From: a virus
Taxonomy: Duplodnaviria; Heunggongvirae; Uroviricota; Caudoviricetes
Strand: one strand, 5' to 3'
Length of the DNA stretch: 64,000 nt
Virus record (IMG/VR): IMGVR_UViG_3300021142_000006
Position numbers and translations under genes: made by a program. This document shows positions 10,056 to 19,371 of this stretch, piece after piece (positions within the stretch are counted from its first letter, which is position 1; each line of letters starts with the position of its first letter). Below the pieces are notes generated by a model. It was given only the letters and a program-made list of their open reading frames with translations, did no database searches and had not been told where the DNA came from.

Positions 10056-10691
10056 TTAATATTTATTAATAAAAAACGCATCACCCCATCCAAAATTTCC
10101 AGCCATAACTTTTTCTTTTGGTTCAAAATTAAAATTCCCAAGATATGATACTATTTCAGGATAAAGTGCACAACCAGAATATAATTCCTCATCATTAACC
10201 TCAAGAAATAAATATTTTACTTGATATAATAAATCACCAAAACCTTTTAGTGATAAAAGCTCAGCCCCCTGAATATCTATATTTACAAAATCATAGTCTT
10301 GAATATCTAAATTATTTTCAATAAATAAAGTATCAATTCTTTTTGTTTTAAGTATAATTTCATCGATATAATGAACTGTTGGGTGAGCAATTTTATGGGT
10401 GTGTAAATCTAATATTGAACTACTTTGCCCCTCATTATTAGATATTTTAAATTTAACTTCTTGATTATCATGTTCTGTCGTACAAACATTAAAAATTAAT
10501 GAATTAGGATATCTATTAACATTTTTTTGTAGTTCTGGTATTAATTTTGGATTAGCTTCAATCCAAATTGTTCTTTGAATTCCATTACTATAATAATCAT
10601 CAACCTCTTGACCAGTATTTGCGCCTATATGTAAAACACCTGTTGGTTTTATAGAATATTTTGATAGTAAAGTTTGATATGGTATTAACAT
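10056..10691 (-). CDS. FkbM-family methyltransferase
   Basis: LHIGAN, IEANP, NIDIQGAEL, WGDAFF. Confidence 0.85.
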   Translation of the reverse strand: MLIPYQTLLSKYSIKPTGVLHIGANTGQEVDDYYSNGIQRTIWIEANPKLIPELQKNVNRYPNSLIFNVCTTEHDNQEVKFKISNNEGQSSSILDLHTHKIAHPTVHYIDEIILKTKRIDTLFIENNLDIQDYDFVNIDIQGAELLSLKGFGDLLYQVKYLFLEVNDEELYSGCALYPEIVSYLGNFNFEPKEKVMAGNFGWGDAFFINKY

Positions 10692-10696
10692 TGTAT

Positions 10697-12118
10697 TTAT
10701 TTTTTATTTAATTTATTATGATATGATATATAATCAAAATTATTTTTAGTTGATTGAAACCAGTAATCGCCTAATCTCGAAAAACCGCTAAATTCTTTTA
10801 TCCCTTGACCTATATTCGATGGATTATCATATTGTTTAACACAACCAGGTACGTAAGCATATGTATATAAATCTGGAGATAGTTTCATAAATAACCAATC
10901 AATACCCATACTCATATGTACATGAGTATCAAGTAAATCCAATATTCTTGGTAAACTTTTTTTATTTACAATATATGCATAAGTACTCCAACAACCATAT
11001 GTTCTCACAATATAATCAACATCTGTTTTCTCCACATCTGTTCCCTTTTTACATGAACATTTTTGCATATCTGGATGATGTCCAATTTTATGCCATTCAG
11101 CTGGAATATGATATGTGCCACCTAACCAAAAAACATCCCATTCATGGGTATTAAGAAAATTCTGAATATCACTTAATCGATCCATGAAATCATCACAAAA
11201 AATTAAATCATCTTCCATAACTAATGCATGTTTATTTTGTTCTAATGCTTTTTTCATTACACCTACCTGTGAAAAATGACAACCTATAGCACCAGGTGTT
11301 CTATTTAACATCGTCTTAATTTTAACTAATGGTTGATCAACTTCGTTTGGTAATAAACCCTTAAATCTTATAGCTGATAGCCCAATTCTTTCAAGCTCTG
11401 AAACCATTCTATTATCCCTATCTTTTCTAACATCAAGATTAATATATGACGCATACGTTTCATCAAGTATATCTTTATTGGTTGTAATTAACTGATCTTT
11501 TCTTACATAAATCATACCCCATTTTTCTTTTCTATTAACATCAAAATCAAAATTAATATCATTCCATGATAACCATGTTAATTCATTTTCAAAATAGATA
11601 TCATCTTTTTCTTTAATTGAAAAATTATTATAACCAATATCTTGTAAATATTTTACAATAGCTTCAATATTTTCTTTATTTTCTTCTTCCCATTCAAAAC
11701 AAATCATGGTATTAGATAATAATTTTGTTAACCCTTTAATTACATTCAGTTCATAACCCTCAACATCTATCTTTATAAAATCAGGTATACCATATTTTTC
11801 TATAGCACTATCAAGAGTAATAGTATTAATAGGTATTTTTACATTCCAATTATGTTTATTAGAAAATCTTGAGTTTTTTATAAAATCTAAAGATAATGTT
11901 GATAATGTTTCAGAATTACAAATAAAAAAATCATTTATTCCATTATTATCTGATAATCCAGAGCTATCAATTATAACATTATCATTATCTTTATATATTC
12001 TATTTAATTTATTATTTAAATCTGGATTAGGCTCGAAAGCAACTACTTTATAACCAGAATTTAATAAAATATTAGTTTTTTGACCAATATTAGCACCTAT
12101 ATCAAAAGCAAGTTTCAT
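10697..12118 (-). CDS. FkbM methyltransferase fused to GT25-like glycosyltransferase
   Basis: FDIGANIG...KIDVEGYE, then YINLDVRKDR...GCHFSQ...VMEDD. Confidence 0.85.
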   Translation of the reverse strand: MKLAFDIGANIGQKTNILLNSGYKVVAFEPNPDLNNKLNRIYKDNDNVIIDSSGLSDNNGINDFFICNSETLSTLSLDFIKNSRFSNKHNWNVKIPINTITLDSAIEKYGIPDFIKIDVEGYELNVIKGLTKLLSNTMICFEWEEENKENIEAIVKYLQDIGYNNFSIKEKDDIYFENELTWLSWNDINFDFDVNRKEKWGMIYVRKDQLITTNKDILDETYASYINLDVRKDRDNRMVSELERIGLSAIRFKGLLPNEVDQPLVKIKTMLNRTPGAIGCHFSQVGVMKKALEQNKHALVMEDDLIFCDDFMDRLSDIQNFLNTHEWDVFWLGGTYHIPAEWHKIGHHPDMQKCSCKKGTDVEKTDVDYIVRTYGCWSTYAYIVNKKSLPRILDLLDTHVHMSMGIDWLFMKLSPDLYTYAYVPGCVKQYDNPSNIGQGIKEFSGFSRLGDYWFQSTKNNFDYISYHNKLNKK

Positions 12119-12119
12119 T

Positions 12120-13589
12120 TTAGTTAAGTTTAGTAAAATATTTAGGTATCATATTAGTATGCGCACCTTTAAATACGTATTTATCATCAGGGCATAAAAC
12201 AATTTTATTTGGATTTCTATTTAACCATCCAGCAACAAAACTAAATGTTGACATACAAATTATATTATGTTCGCATTGAGACATGTAGGTAAGATCTTCT
12301 AACTCACTTCTATCTTCAGAAAACATAAATTCGCAATCCATAAAATTATATGAATTGAATTGAGTTTTACACCAATTAATATCGTCCGAAAAAACAATAA
12401 ATTTAAAATAATTTAATTTATTAAAATATTTTATAGCTTCCGAATAATAATCCATTCCAACATATGGGTGTTTATTTTGTAATTCTAAAAAATCACCTCT
12501 ACGAACATGTATCGATACAGTGTTATCTATTTTTTTATATTCAATATTAAAAATATTTAAAATATATTCTCTATAATTATCTATATAATCGAAACATTGC
12601 CAATAACCAATAAATCTCGGATTAGATAATTTTGGTATATCCATTAAATATGGAATATCATTAGGTCTTGGCTCATAAAAATCATTAAATTTATCACTAT
12701 GGCCCGTTGAAAGTAAATTGAAATATGTTTTATTATTATCACAATTAACGCCAGTTGTTGGAATTTGATACAAAATATTATGTTTTTTACAATAAGCAAG
12801 TAACATAGCAATTTGATAAAAATTATTTCCTATTCTACCTTGTAGAACAGTTGTTGCCACATTTGAGTTATCAAGGTTATTTTTATTATTAAAGTTTTTT
12901 ATTAATTCAATAACATTATCATAAAAAGTCCCAGTTCTATGTAAATTATTTCTATAATGTGAACCATCGTGTACCAGATGATCATATTCTAAACCAGGAA
13001 CAAAATATAAACTATACCCTTTAGCTAATAAACAATAATTCAAATAAATACTATCTGCTGTAATAGGATCAACTTTTGGATCCCAAGAATCTAAATACGT
13101 TATTTTATTAATAAAAAAATTACAAGTATTCAATGCAGTTAAAAACATCGCTTCGCTCAAATATTGATTAATATTGTTTTTTGTGACTAATAAATCACTA
13201 AACTCTCTATAATCAAAATTTGGTTTGGCAAATACTGGTAAATAAACAACATCCTTTTTCCATTCTTGTATATTAAAAATTGTATTAATATAATCTGTTG
13301 TTAAAACATTATCACTATCAAATAATATACACCATTCATTTTGAGCTAATGATATTGCTCTTTGTTTATTTTTATAACAATCTAAATTAACATCATTCCT
13401 ATAAAGCTTTATTTTATCTTTACCATTACTAAAATTAGTTAACTTAACATAACTATCATCTGTAGAACAATCATCAACAATTATAATTTCTGAGACTCTA
13501 TCATCATTAAGGATTTTTGAAAAGGAATTAATTGTTAACTCAAACCTATTCCAGGTTGGGATGCAGATACTTATTTTTCTATTATCCAT
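12120..13589 (-). CDS. GT2 glycosyltransferase fused to GT11 fucosyltransferase
   Basis: SICIPTWNR..VDDCSTD..DSDN, then GRIGNNFYQ and HVRRGDF; likely start MDNRK. Confidence 0.85.
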   Translation of the reverse strand: MDNRKISICIPTWNRFELTINSFSKILNDDRVSEIIIVDDCSTDDSYVKLTNFSNGKDKIKLYRNDVNLDCYKNKQRAISLAQNEWCILFDSDNVLTTDYINTIFNIQEWKKDVVYLPVFAKPNFDYREFSDLLVTKNNINQYLSEAMFLTALNTCNFFINKITYLDSWDPKVDPITADSIYLNYCLLAKGYSLYFVPGLEYDHLVHDGSHYRNNLHRTGTFYDNVIELIKNFNNKNNLDNSNVATTVLQGRIGNNFYQIAMLLAYCKKHNILYQIPTTGVNCDNNKTYFNLLSTGHSDKFNDFYEPRPNDIPYLMDIPKLSNPRFIGYWQCFDYIDNYREYILNIFNIEYKKIDNTVSIHVRRGDFLELQNKHPYVGMDYYSEAIKYFNKLNYFKFIVFSDDINWCKTQFNSYNFMDCEFMFSEDRSELEDLTYMSQCEHNIICMSTFSFVAGWLNRNPNKIVLCPDDKYVFKGAHTNMIPKYFTKLN

Positions 13590-13677
13590 TAATATTTTTA
13601 CACAAAAATAAAAAAAATAATCAATAAAAGCAAGCATTTGTTAAAAAAAATGAAATCATAAAGATAAATCATAATAA

Positions 13678-13702
13678 AAAACCCCAGAATATTCTGGGGT
13701 TT
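13678..13702. terminator. intrinsic terminator hairpin
   Basis: aaaccccagaa/ttctggggttt inverted repeat just past ORF 13708..14007. Confidence 0.7.
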
Positions 13703-13707
13703 ATCAT

Positions 13708-14007
13708 TTAATCTAAGTAAGTTACAAAATCAGCTCCTTCAAATCTCTCAACACCACTTTTATCGAGTGCCCCAATATATGCTATGGGTGATGTACCCAT
13801 TTCAAGCATACAGATATTTTTATAACCATTTTCTTTTGTAATTTGAGTATTTGAATCGTCAATAATCTCATCGACTTTGGAACTAACCTTCTCAATTTTA
13901 TTTTGTCCAGGGATTACATTACCCCAAGATACGTGTGGGTCGCCGTATTCTTCAATACAGAACTTTCTACCACTTTTCATAATCACATAATATCGCCTAT
14001 TACTCAT
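13708..14007 (-). CDS. hypothetical protein
   Basis: 99-aa ORF followed by a terminator. Confidence 0.65.
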   Translation of the reverse strand: MSNRRYYVIMKSGRKFCIEEYGDPHVSWGNVIPGQNKIEKVSSKVDEIIDDSNTQITKENGYKNICMLEMGTSPIAYIGALDKSGVERFEGADFVTYLD

Positions 14008-14013
14008 ATAATG

Positions 14014-14184
14014 TTATTTTAATTCGCTAAGCTCTTTTTTCAAAGCGTTTATTTTTGATATCTGTTCTGGAAGATTAATTTCCTTAACATTAGAGACTTT
14101 TTTAATTAATGCATTATTCATCTCATCTTGAAGAAATTGTATCCTTTCTTGAAGTCTCTTTTTCTTTTTATCAATCTTACTCAT
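14014..14184 (-). CDS. small coiled-coil protein (not in the ORF track)
   Basis: MSKIDKKKKRLQERIQFLQDEMNNALIKKVSNVKEINLPEQISKINALKKELSELK read by hand; fills the gap between two ORFs. Confidence 0.55.
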   Translation of the reverse strand: MSKIDKKKKRLQERIQFLQDEMNNALIKKVSNVKEINLPEQISKINALKKELSELK

Positions 14185-14569
14185 AACGTCTTTGTTTTTT
14201 CTTATTTAATCTATTATCAAAATCCTTTATAAAAGATTCTGGTATTATTATTTTTTTATCTTTGAAGATATCAAAGATTTCGTCCCTGGTAAAACACCAA
14301 TCAGCAATCCCATCTGTCCACTGATCTAAGAATAACCCCCAAGACTTTTTTCCAATTATAATAGATCTTAATAAATTCGGATGTCTTGATTTTATTGGTC
14401 TGGTTTTAAAATAACCATCATCATATAATCTAAATCCTTCCTTACAATCAACCCCATTCGGATCATATTCAACCTGAACATCTTCACCACAAAAAGTTAG
14501 AATTCCAGTCCTGTAAGATTTTAAAAAGAAATTAAATTTCTCATTGAAACCATCCGAATATTTTCTCAA
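14177..14569 (-). CDS. hypothetical protein
   Basis: 130-aa ORF. Confidence 0.6.
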   Translation of the reverse strand: MRKYSDGFNEKFNFFLKSYRTGILTFCGEDVQVEYDPNGVDCKEGFRLYDDGYFKTRPIKSRHPNLLRSIIIGKKSWGLFLDQWTDGIADWCFTRDEIFDIFKDKKIIIPESFIKDFDNRLNKKKQRRYE

Positions 14570-14682
14570 TTTTCGTTGGTGTCTTGTTCCAATACGGTCA
14601 GAAACATCTTTTAGTCTCTGACCCTTCGTGCGACCAGCGTGGTGCCTCCATTTAAGTTTTCCATCAGTTTAAATTTTATAAG

Positions 14683-14755
14683 TGGAGCGTATGGGAGTCG
14701 AACCCATGACTCGACCTTGCAAGGGTCGTGTTATCGCCTTCTTAACCAACACCCC
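14683..14755 (-). tRNA. tRNA-Ala(UGC)
   Basis: GGGGUGU/ACGCUCC acceptor with G3.U70, loop CUUGCAA, UUCGA T-loop; CCA not encoded. Confidence 0.92.
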
Positions 14756-14763
14756 ATATTTTG

Positions 14764-14834
14764 TAGCGCATAACGGTTACGATCCGTCTTTTTGGCAGTG
14801 AAAGTGCCACGTTCTACCATTGAACTAATGCGCC
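14764..14834 (-). tRNA. tRNA-Glu(UUC), atypical T-loop
   Basis: GGCGCAU/AUGCGCU; UGGCA-CUUUCAC-UGCCA; T-loop AUCGUAA. Confidence 0.8.
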
Positions 14835-14841
14835 ATTTTAG

Positions 14842-14913
14842 TATCGATGAAGGGAATCGAACCCTCGTTTACAGATCGAAAATCTGTCGTGCTAACCGTT
14901 GCACCACACCGAC
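14842..14913 (-). tRNA. tRNA-Glu(UUC)
   Basis: GUCGGUG/CAUCGAU; ACAGA-UUUUCGA-UCUGU. Confidence 0.85.
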
Positions 14914-15126
14914 ATTATTAACATTCACATATACATGTAATTGTATAACATTCATAACATCTGTAACCATCTTTGATATTGGAAATTATAAAGTCGTTGG
15001 CATATTTATCAATCGGTAAATCTCTTTTGATTTTTTCATCAATAACTTTTTTTTCCTCATCACTTAGTTTTCTATAATCTTTTCTTTTTTTCATTTTATA
15101 GTATAAAAAGCTTCAAAAGTTCCAGG

Positions 15127-15213
15127 CGGAGAGTTGCATAATCGAAATGCACCCAAATTAATGAGCCGCTCACTTAGCAGGTGGCGACAGCGACCCTGGC
15201 TGTTTAACTCTCC
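15127..15213 (-). tRNA. tRNA-Ser(GCU)
   Basis: GGAGAGU/ACUCUCC, G73, loop CUGCUAA, long variable arm; bulged anticodon stem. Confidence 0.82.
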
Positions 15214-15221
15214 ATTTATTT

Positions 15222-15455
15222 TTACATAATCCAACGCTGCAAATACTTTGATTCCATTTCAACAAAGAAATCTGCATCGCCCATATCCTCAACTGGTATT
15301 TCAAATCTTACATCAAATGATTCGAAAGTACCATCATCAAAATGCTTATTAACATATGTGTAATAATACGCATTACCTTTCCTGATATAATCAAGTTGAG
15401 CTTTCGGATTTTGCTTATACAAAGCTTTTTTTATTTCATTCTTTTCCATAATCAT
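15222..15455 (-). CDS. hypothetical protein inside tRNA array 1
   Basis: 77-aa ORF between tRNA-Trp and tRNA-Ser. Confidence 0.6.
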   Translation of the reverse strand: MIMEKNEIKKALYKQNPKAQLDYIRKGNAYYYTYVNKHFDDGTFESFDVRFEIPVEDMGDADFFVEMESKYLQRWIM

Positions 15456-15466
15456 ATTTTTATTTG

Positions 15467-15537
15467 CACGAACAATAGGATTCGAACCTATATCTGCGGT
15501 TTTGGAGACCGATATTCTACCATTGAACTATGCTCGT
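15467..15537 (-). tRNA. tRNA-Trp(CCA)
   Basis: ACGAGCA/UGUUCGU, G73, loop CUCCAAA. Confidence 0.9.
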
Positions 15538-15674
15538 ATTTTAATTTTATTAAAGTATTGTACAATTTATCTTTAGATAAAACTTGTTTGATCTTGGATT
15601 TTTTCTTGTTCCAATCAACCAATCTAAGGATTTTTCATCCAAAATAATTTTGTTTTTCATACTTTAAAATTTAG

Positions 15675-15761
15675 CGGTAGATGAAGGAATCGAACCCTTA
15701 CCAGCTCATCACCGATAGTCACGCTTTTCAAGAGCGTTTGCTTCCATAAGCACCATCTACC
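15675..15761 (-). tRNA. tRNA-Ser(UGA)
   Basis: GGUAGAU/AUCUACC, G73, loop CUUGAAA, long variable arm. Confidence 0.9.
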
Positions 15762-15798
15762 TTATTAAAACAATATTTCAAAGAACTTCCTTTTTTTG

Positions 15799-15902
15799 TA
15801 AGTTGAAATGGACTTGAACCATTATCTCAAACCACCAGGGTTCTCAACCACCTTACATTATTTTCAAGTCATGACTCAATACTCATAATGTATAATCAAC
15901 TT
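15799..15902 (-). ncRNA. tRNA-like element with intact acceptor, D and T arms but an aberrant 104-nt body
   Basis: AAGUUGA/UCAACUU acceptor, AUAC/GUAU D stem, AAUGG-UUCAAGU-CCAUU T arm; no canonical anticodon stem. Confidence 0.6.
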
Positions 15903-15907
15903 ATTTG

Positions 15908-15982
15908 TCAGGGGTGCAGAATTCGAATCTGCGTTTCATGCTCCCAAAGCACGAGTAATTGACCTGGCTATACTAACCCCTG
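15908..15982 (-). tRNA. tRNA-Pro(UGG)
   Basis: CAGGGGU/ACCCCUG, loop UUUGGGA. Confidence 0.9.
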
Positions 15983-16040
15983 GTTTCTAATTCTATGCAA
16001 AGTAACGGACTTTCTATGAATTAGTAACAGTCTTCAACTG

Positions 16041-16125
16041 TGAGAGTGGTCAGATTCGAACTGACAAAACCGTTAAGTTCCTGTTTTACAGACAGGTGCC
16101 GACTAACCGTATCGACAACACTCCC
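16041..16125 (-). tRNA. tRNA-Tyr(GUA)
   Basis: GGGAGUG/CACUCUC, loop CUGUAAA, long variable arm. Confidence 0.92.
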
Positions 16126-16126
16126 A

Positions 16127-16160
16127 AAACAAAAAACCCTGAGATTTTATTCTCAGGGTT
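16127..16160 (-). terminator. attenuator terminator of tRNA array 1
   Basis: AACCCUGAGA/UCUCAGGGUU 10-bp stem plus U-tract about 10 nt before tRNA-Tyr. Confidence 0.88.
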
Positions 16161-16181
16161 CTTATTATCTTTTTCTTTTTT

Positions 16182-16322
16182 TTATCCTCTATCGTCAGTA
16201 TCTTTTGTTGACTTTATAGGAAAATAAAAGTAATAAGAACCCCTTCCGCTCTCATACGCTGATGACGGTTCATAACTCGGTGCCCATGATGCGGCTACTA
16301 CTGTTAATCTTGAGTTTCTCAT
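16182..16322 (-). CDS. leader peptide 1 (46 aa, MRNSRLTVVAASWAPSYEPSSAYESGRGSYYFYFPIKSTKDTDDRG)
   Basis: hand-translated; A-rich initiation region; contains the antiterminator strand 16231..16242. Confidence 0.82.
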   Translation of the reverse strand: MRNSRLTVVAASWAPSYEPSSAYESGRGSYYFYFPIKSTKDTDDRG

Positions 16323-16428
16323 TTTCTTTTAATTTTTTATAGTTTTTTTAAAAATAACCAGGATAATGTTTTTTTCTTACCAATAGAAGTTTTTAACTGC
16401 TGGAATTATCCTCTTGTTATATATAGTA

Positions 16429-16459
16429 CAAAAGTAGTAAAAATTTTTGAAAAAACAAA
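16429..16459 (-). promoter_or_regulatory. Bacteroidetes-type sigma-A promoter for leader/array 1
   Basis: TTTG-N19-TACTTTTG on the minus strand. Confidence 0.78.
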
Positions 16460-16486
16460 TGTTTTCTAATTTTTTTTTCAGATTTT

Positions 16487-16972
16487 TTATTTTTTCATAT
16501 ATTTTTTACAATGATACAATAATAATGGGTTTATATCAGGTATTTTTTTCAAAAAGTTATATTCATATTGATAACATAAGGATTCCTCTGTTTCCACAGG
16601 TAATGTTATACACATATAACGTAATCTTAAATGGTAAGATTCATGTACCAAAGCTGCGGCAACATCATTAACATCATGAGATTTCATATCATATGACGAT
16701 AGTGTTATTATACCTTTATTTGTACAAGTTCCAAAATTGGTGGAATATTTTTGATTCCAGAATGTTATCTTATCACAATATTCAAATAGATTTTTATATG
16801 AATCTTCATCAGTTTTTTCAATAAGTTCTATTGCTTTAATAACATCATAATCCCAATAATCACCAGCTTTGTCAATAACCATTTGGCCACTAACATTGAT
16901 AATACCAATAAATATAAAATATAATAATATAATAACTTTTTTCATCATATATAAATAGCCACCTCTATACAT
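16487..16972 (-). CDS. hypothetical protein with HExxH motif (putative zinc metallopeptidase)
   Basis: signal-like N-terminus; AALVHESYH...EESLCY. Confidence 0.55.
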   Translation of the reverse strand: MYRGGYLYMMKKVIILLYFIFIGIINVSGQMVIDKAGDYWDYDVIKAIELIEKTDEDSYKNLFEYCDKITFWNQKYSTNFGTCTNKGIITLSSYDMKSHDVNDVAAALVHESYHLRLRYMCITLPVETEESLCYQYEYNFLKKIPDINPLLLYHCKKYMKK

Positions 16973-17046
16973 AAAAAAATTAAAAAAGTAAATAGTTCTT
17001 TTTGAAAAACTTTTCTATTTATTTATAACAACAACAATATTCTCAT

Positions 17047-18960
17047 ATGAAAAAAATTTTAATGTCTTTACTGTTAGTTTTATTTACAGTAACATCCTAT
17101 TCTCAGGTAGTAGGTTTATCTCCAGCGCCGTCTTCAGGCATTTGGGTATTGGTGGATACGTCATATACTGTAGGTACCAATACAATGGGTTTTACCAAGG
17201 CAAGATTGAGTTTTGCCAACACAACTGGTACAAAAATTACAGGTATGCAGTTCCGTGTTTATTATGACAAGGTTGCATTCAACGGAATGAAACCAACTGT
17301 AACATCATTGTTCAGTTCATCAAACTACATGCAATATGTATCGGATTCGGTAAATGGTAACATTACGATAACAATAGCGTTCACTGGTAGTAGTCCAACA
17401 TTTACCTATCCAGCCGATTCTGTTGGTTTCGAAATAACCCTTTATCATTCTCCAGCTGCAACGTTTCAGTATTTAACCTCAATAGATAGTATGAGGGTTA
17501 CTGGTTCTTTATCATTCCAAGCTTCTGCTTCAACAGTGTATGGTAATGATACAACTTTAAATCTTTATTCTTATGGTGGTTCTTTTTACAGACCACATCT
17601 TGCATATCATGGTAGATTTGCAAATGTTACAGGTTCTGCTACCAAAAATTTAACATTAGCTCTTGAAAAGAGACCAAGAGGTTCTTCAGGCACATGGACT
17701 CCAGTTGGTGTTTATGTAACTGATACTGCTGGTAAATTTTCATTTAACGAAATTGTAGATACAACTTATTGGGATACGCATTTATATGTAAAAGGTGATT
17801 CTATGAATGTTGGTGCAACAGTTTCTGTTGCTGATGCTCAAAAAGTTAACCAATTTATTCTTGGTCAAGCAACACCTTCTGGTTTTGACTATTATACTTC
17901 TGACGTAAATGGTTCTTATACAATCTCTATTGCTGACGTTTATTCAATTTACGGTAGACTTGCAGGTAGATTTACAGCATGGCCTAATAACGTTCAAGAT
18001 GTTAAATTCTTCACAACTACTGAATATTCAACAATTAATGGTTCAACAACCAATTATACGTCTACAATTCAAGGTGTAACAAATTTAACATTCCCAATCG
18101 TTCCAGGATCAGTTGATTCTGTAACATATTATGTTCTTGGTATGGGTGATGCAAATGGTACTGGTTTTCACATGGCTCGTGTAACGCCTATCCAAATTAT
18201 CAATCCTAATAATGCATATCATTATATTATTGATGAAACTGTGGATTATGATTTCCCAACTGATAAAGTTGAGGTTAATTTACCTGAATTAACTGTTGAT
18301 GAAGGTAATCTTGTTTCAGTACCAGTTGATGTTAAAATACCTTCTGGACAAATTGGTTCTTTGCAAGTAGCATTCACTTATGATTCAACATTGCTACAAT
18401 TCAAAGGTATGGAAACAGAACAAAAATTCAATAATTGGATGTCAATTTTGAATCCAAATTCTGGTACTGTCGAATGGATTGGTTCTGACATGACAGCTAA
18501 CCAATTTTCAGCAAATGATGGTGATAAACTTTTCAGTCTTGATTTCTTGGCATTAAAACCACAAGACCAATGGGGTAAGAGCCCATTATATGTAACCAGA
18601 AAATTTTCTGGTAATCAAAATGCTACAGATCTTTCTATAAACCCAACAAATGGTATGGTTGCTGTTATGAGATTAGCACCCAATAACAATAAAATTGATA
18701 AAAATTGCGCAATAACAGTTACACCAAACCCAACATCAGGTCTTGTGTTTGTAACATTTTCAATACCACAAGATTGCACAGCAAATGTGGATTTTTATGA
18801 TTTGAGTGGTAATAAAGTTTACACAGTTTATCAAGGAACAATTTATAAAGGAAGTTATAAATATATGGCTGATTTATCATATTTAACACCTGGAACTTAT
18901 TATGGTGTGTTAAAAACCAGTACTAATGATATAACTTCAACAAAAACATTGAAACAATAA
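17047..18960 (+). CDS. secreted protein with cohesin-like domains, dockerin/EF-hand-like motif and T9SS C-terminal sorting domain
   Basis: signal peptide; DVNGSYTISIADV; VSVPVDV..GSLQVAFTYDSTLLQF; C-terminal VTPNPTSG...FYDLSGNKV...LTPGTYY. Confidence 0.75.
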   Translation: MKKILMSLLLVLFTVTSYSQVVGLSPAPSSGIWVLVDTSYTVGTNTMGFTKARLSFANTTGTKITGMQFRVYYDKVAFNGMKPTVTSLFSSSNYMQYVSDSVNGNITITIAFTGSSPTFTYPADSVGFEITLYHSPAATFQYLTSIDSMRVTGSLSFQASASTVYGNDTTLNLYSYGGSFYRPHLAYHGRFANVTGSATKNLTLALEKRPRGSSGTWTPVGVYVTDTAGKFSFNEIVDTTYWDTHLYVKGDSMNVGATVSVADAQKVNQFILGQATPSGFDYYTSDVNGSYTISIADVYSIYGRLAGRFTAWPNNVQDVKFFTTTEYSTINGSTTNYTSTIQGVTNLTFPIVPGSVDSVTYYVLGMGDANGTGFHMARVTPIQIINPNNAYHYIIDETVDYDFPTDKVEVNLPELTVDEGNLVSVPVDVKIPSGQIGSLQVAFTYDSTLLQFKGMETEQKFNNWMSILNPNSGTVEWIGSDMTANQFSANDGDKLFSLDFLALKPQDQWGKSPLYVTRKFSGNQNATDLSINPTNGMVAVMRLAPNNNKIDKNCAITVTPNPTSGLVFVTFSIPQDCTANVDFYDLSGNKVYTVYQGTIYKGSYKYMADLSYLTPGTYYGVLKTSTNDITSTKTLKQ

Positions 18961-18984
18961 AACACAAATTAAAAAAAACAAAAA

Positions 18985-19341
18985 ATGGCAGAAGAAACAA
19001 AAGCCCCAGAAACGACAACCGCTGAAGGTGGTTGGTCAGGTTTAAAGAAAACATTAATCGGTACACTTACAACAGCTATTGCTGGTGGTGGAGTATGGTT
19101 AAGTACACTATTAAGTGGTGGTCATAAAGAAGCACCGAAGGAAGAACACAAAACAGAAACTGCTGCGCCTGCACCAGCACCAGCTGCTGCACCAGTTGTG
19201 ATTAATCTTTCTAATAATAACACAAACCAACAAAAACAATCTGCTTCTGGTGGTAATTCTAACGCAACAGCAACCGCTGCAAAACCAAAAGAAGAACCGA
19301 AAAAAGAAGAAAAAAAGAAAGAAACAGATTCTCCTTGGTAG
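18985..19341 (+). CDS. hypothetical membrane-anchored protein
   Basis: single hydrophobic segment, Ala/Pro linker. Confidence 0.65.
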   Translation: MAEETKAPETTTAEGGWSGLKKTLIGTLTTAIAGGGVWLSTLLSGGHKEAPKEEHKTETAAPAPAPAAAPVVINLSNNNTNQQKQSASGGNSNATATAAKPKEEPKKEEKKKETDSPW

Positions 19342-19371
19342 GATAAAAAAAAACATATGTTAAACTGAATA

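Noticed and set aside
14792-15647. ORFs 14792..15019 and 15342..15647
   Set aside because: They overlap tRNA genes or real genes on the other strand and have no protein features.
15985-16030. RNase P RNA (GAAAGUCC motif)
   Set aside because: It is only a ~45-nt hairpin spacer; no other RNase P conserved regions are present.
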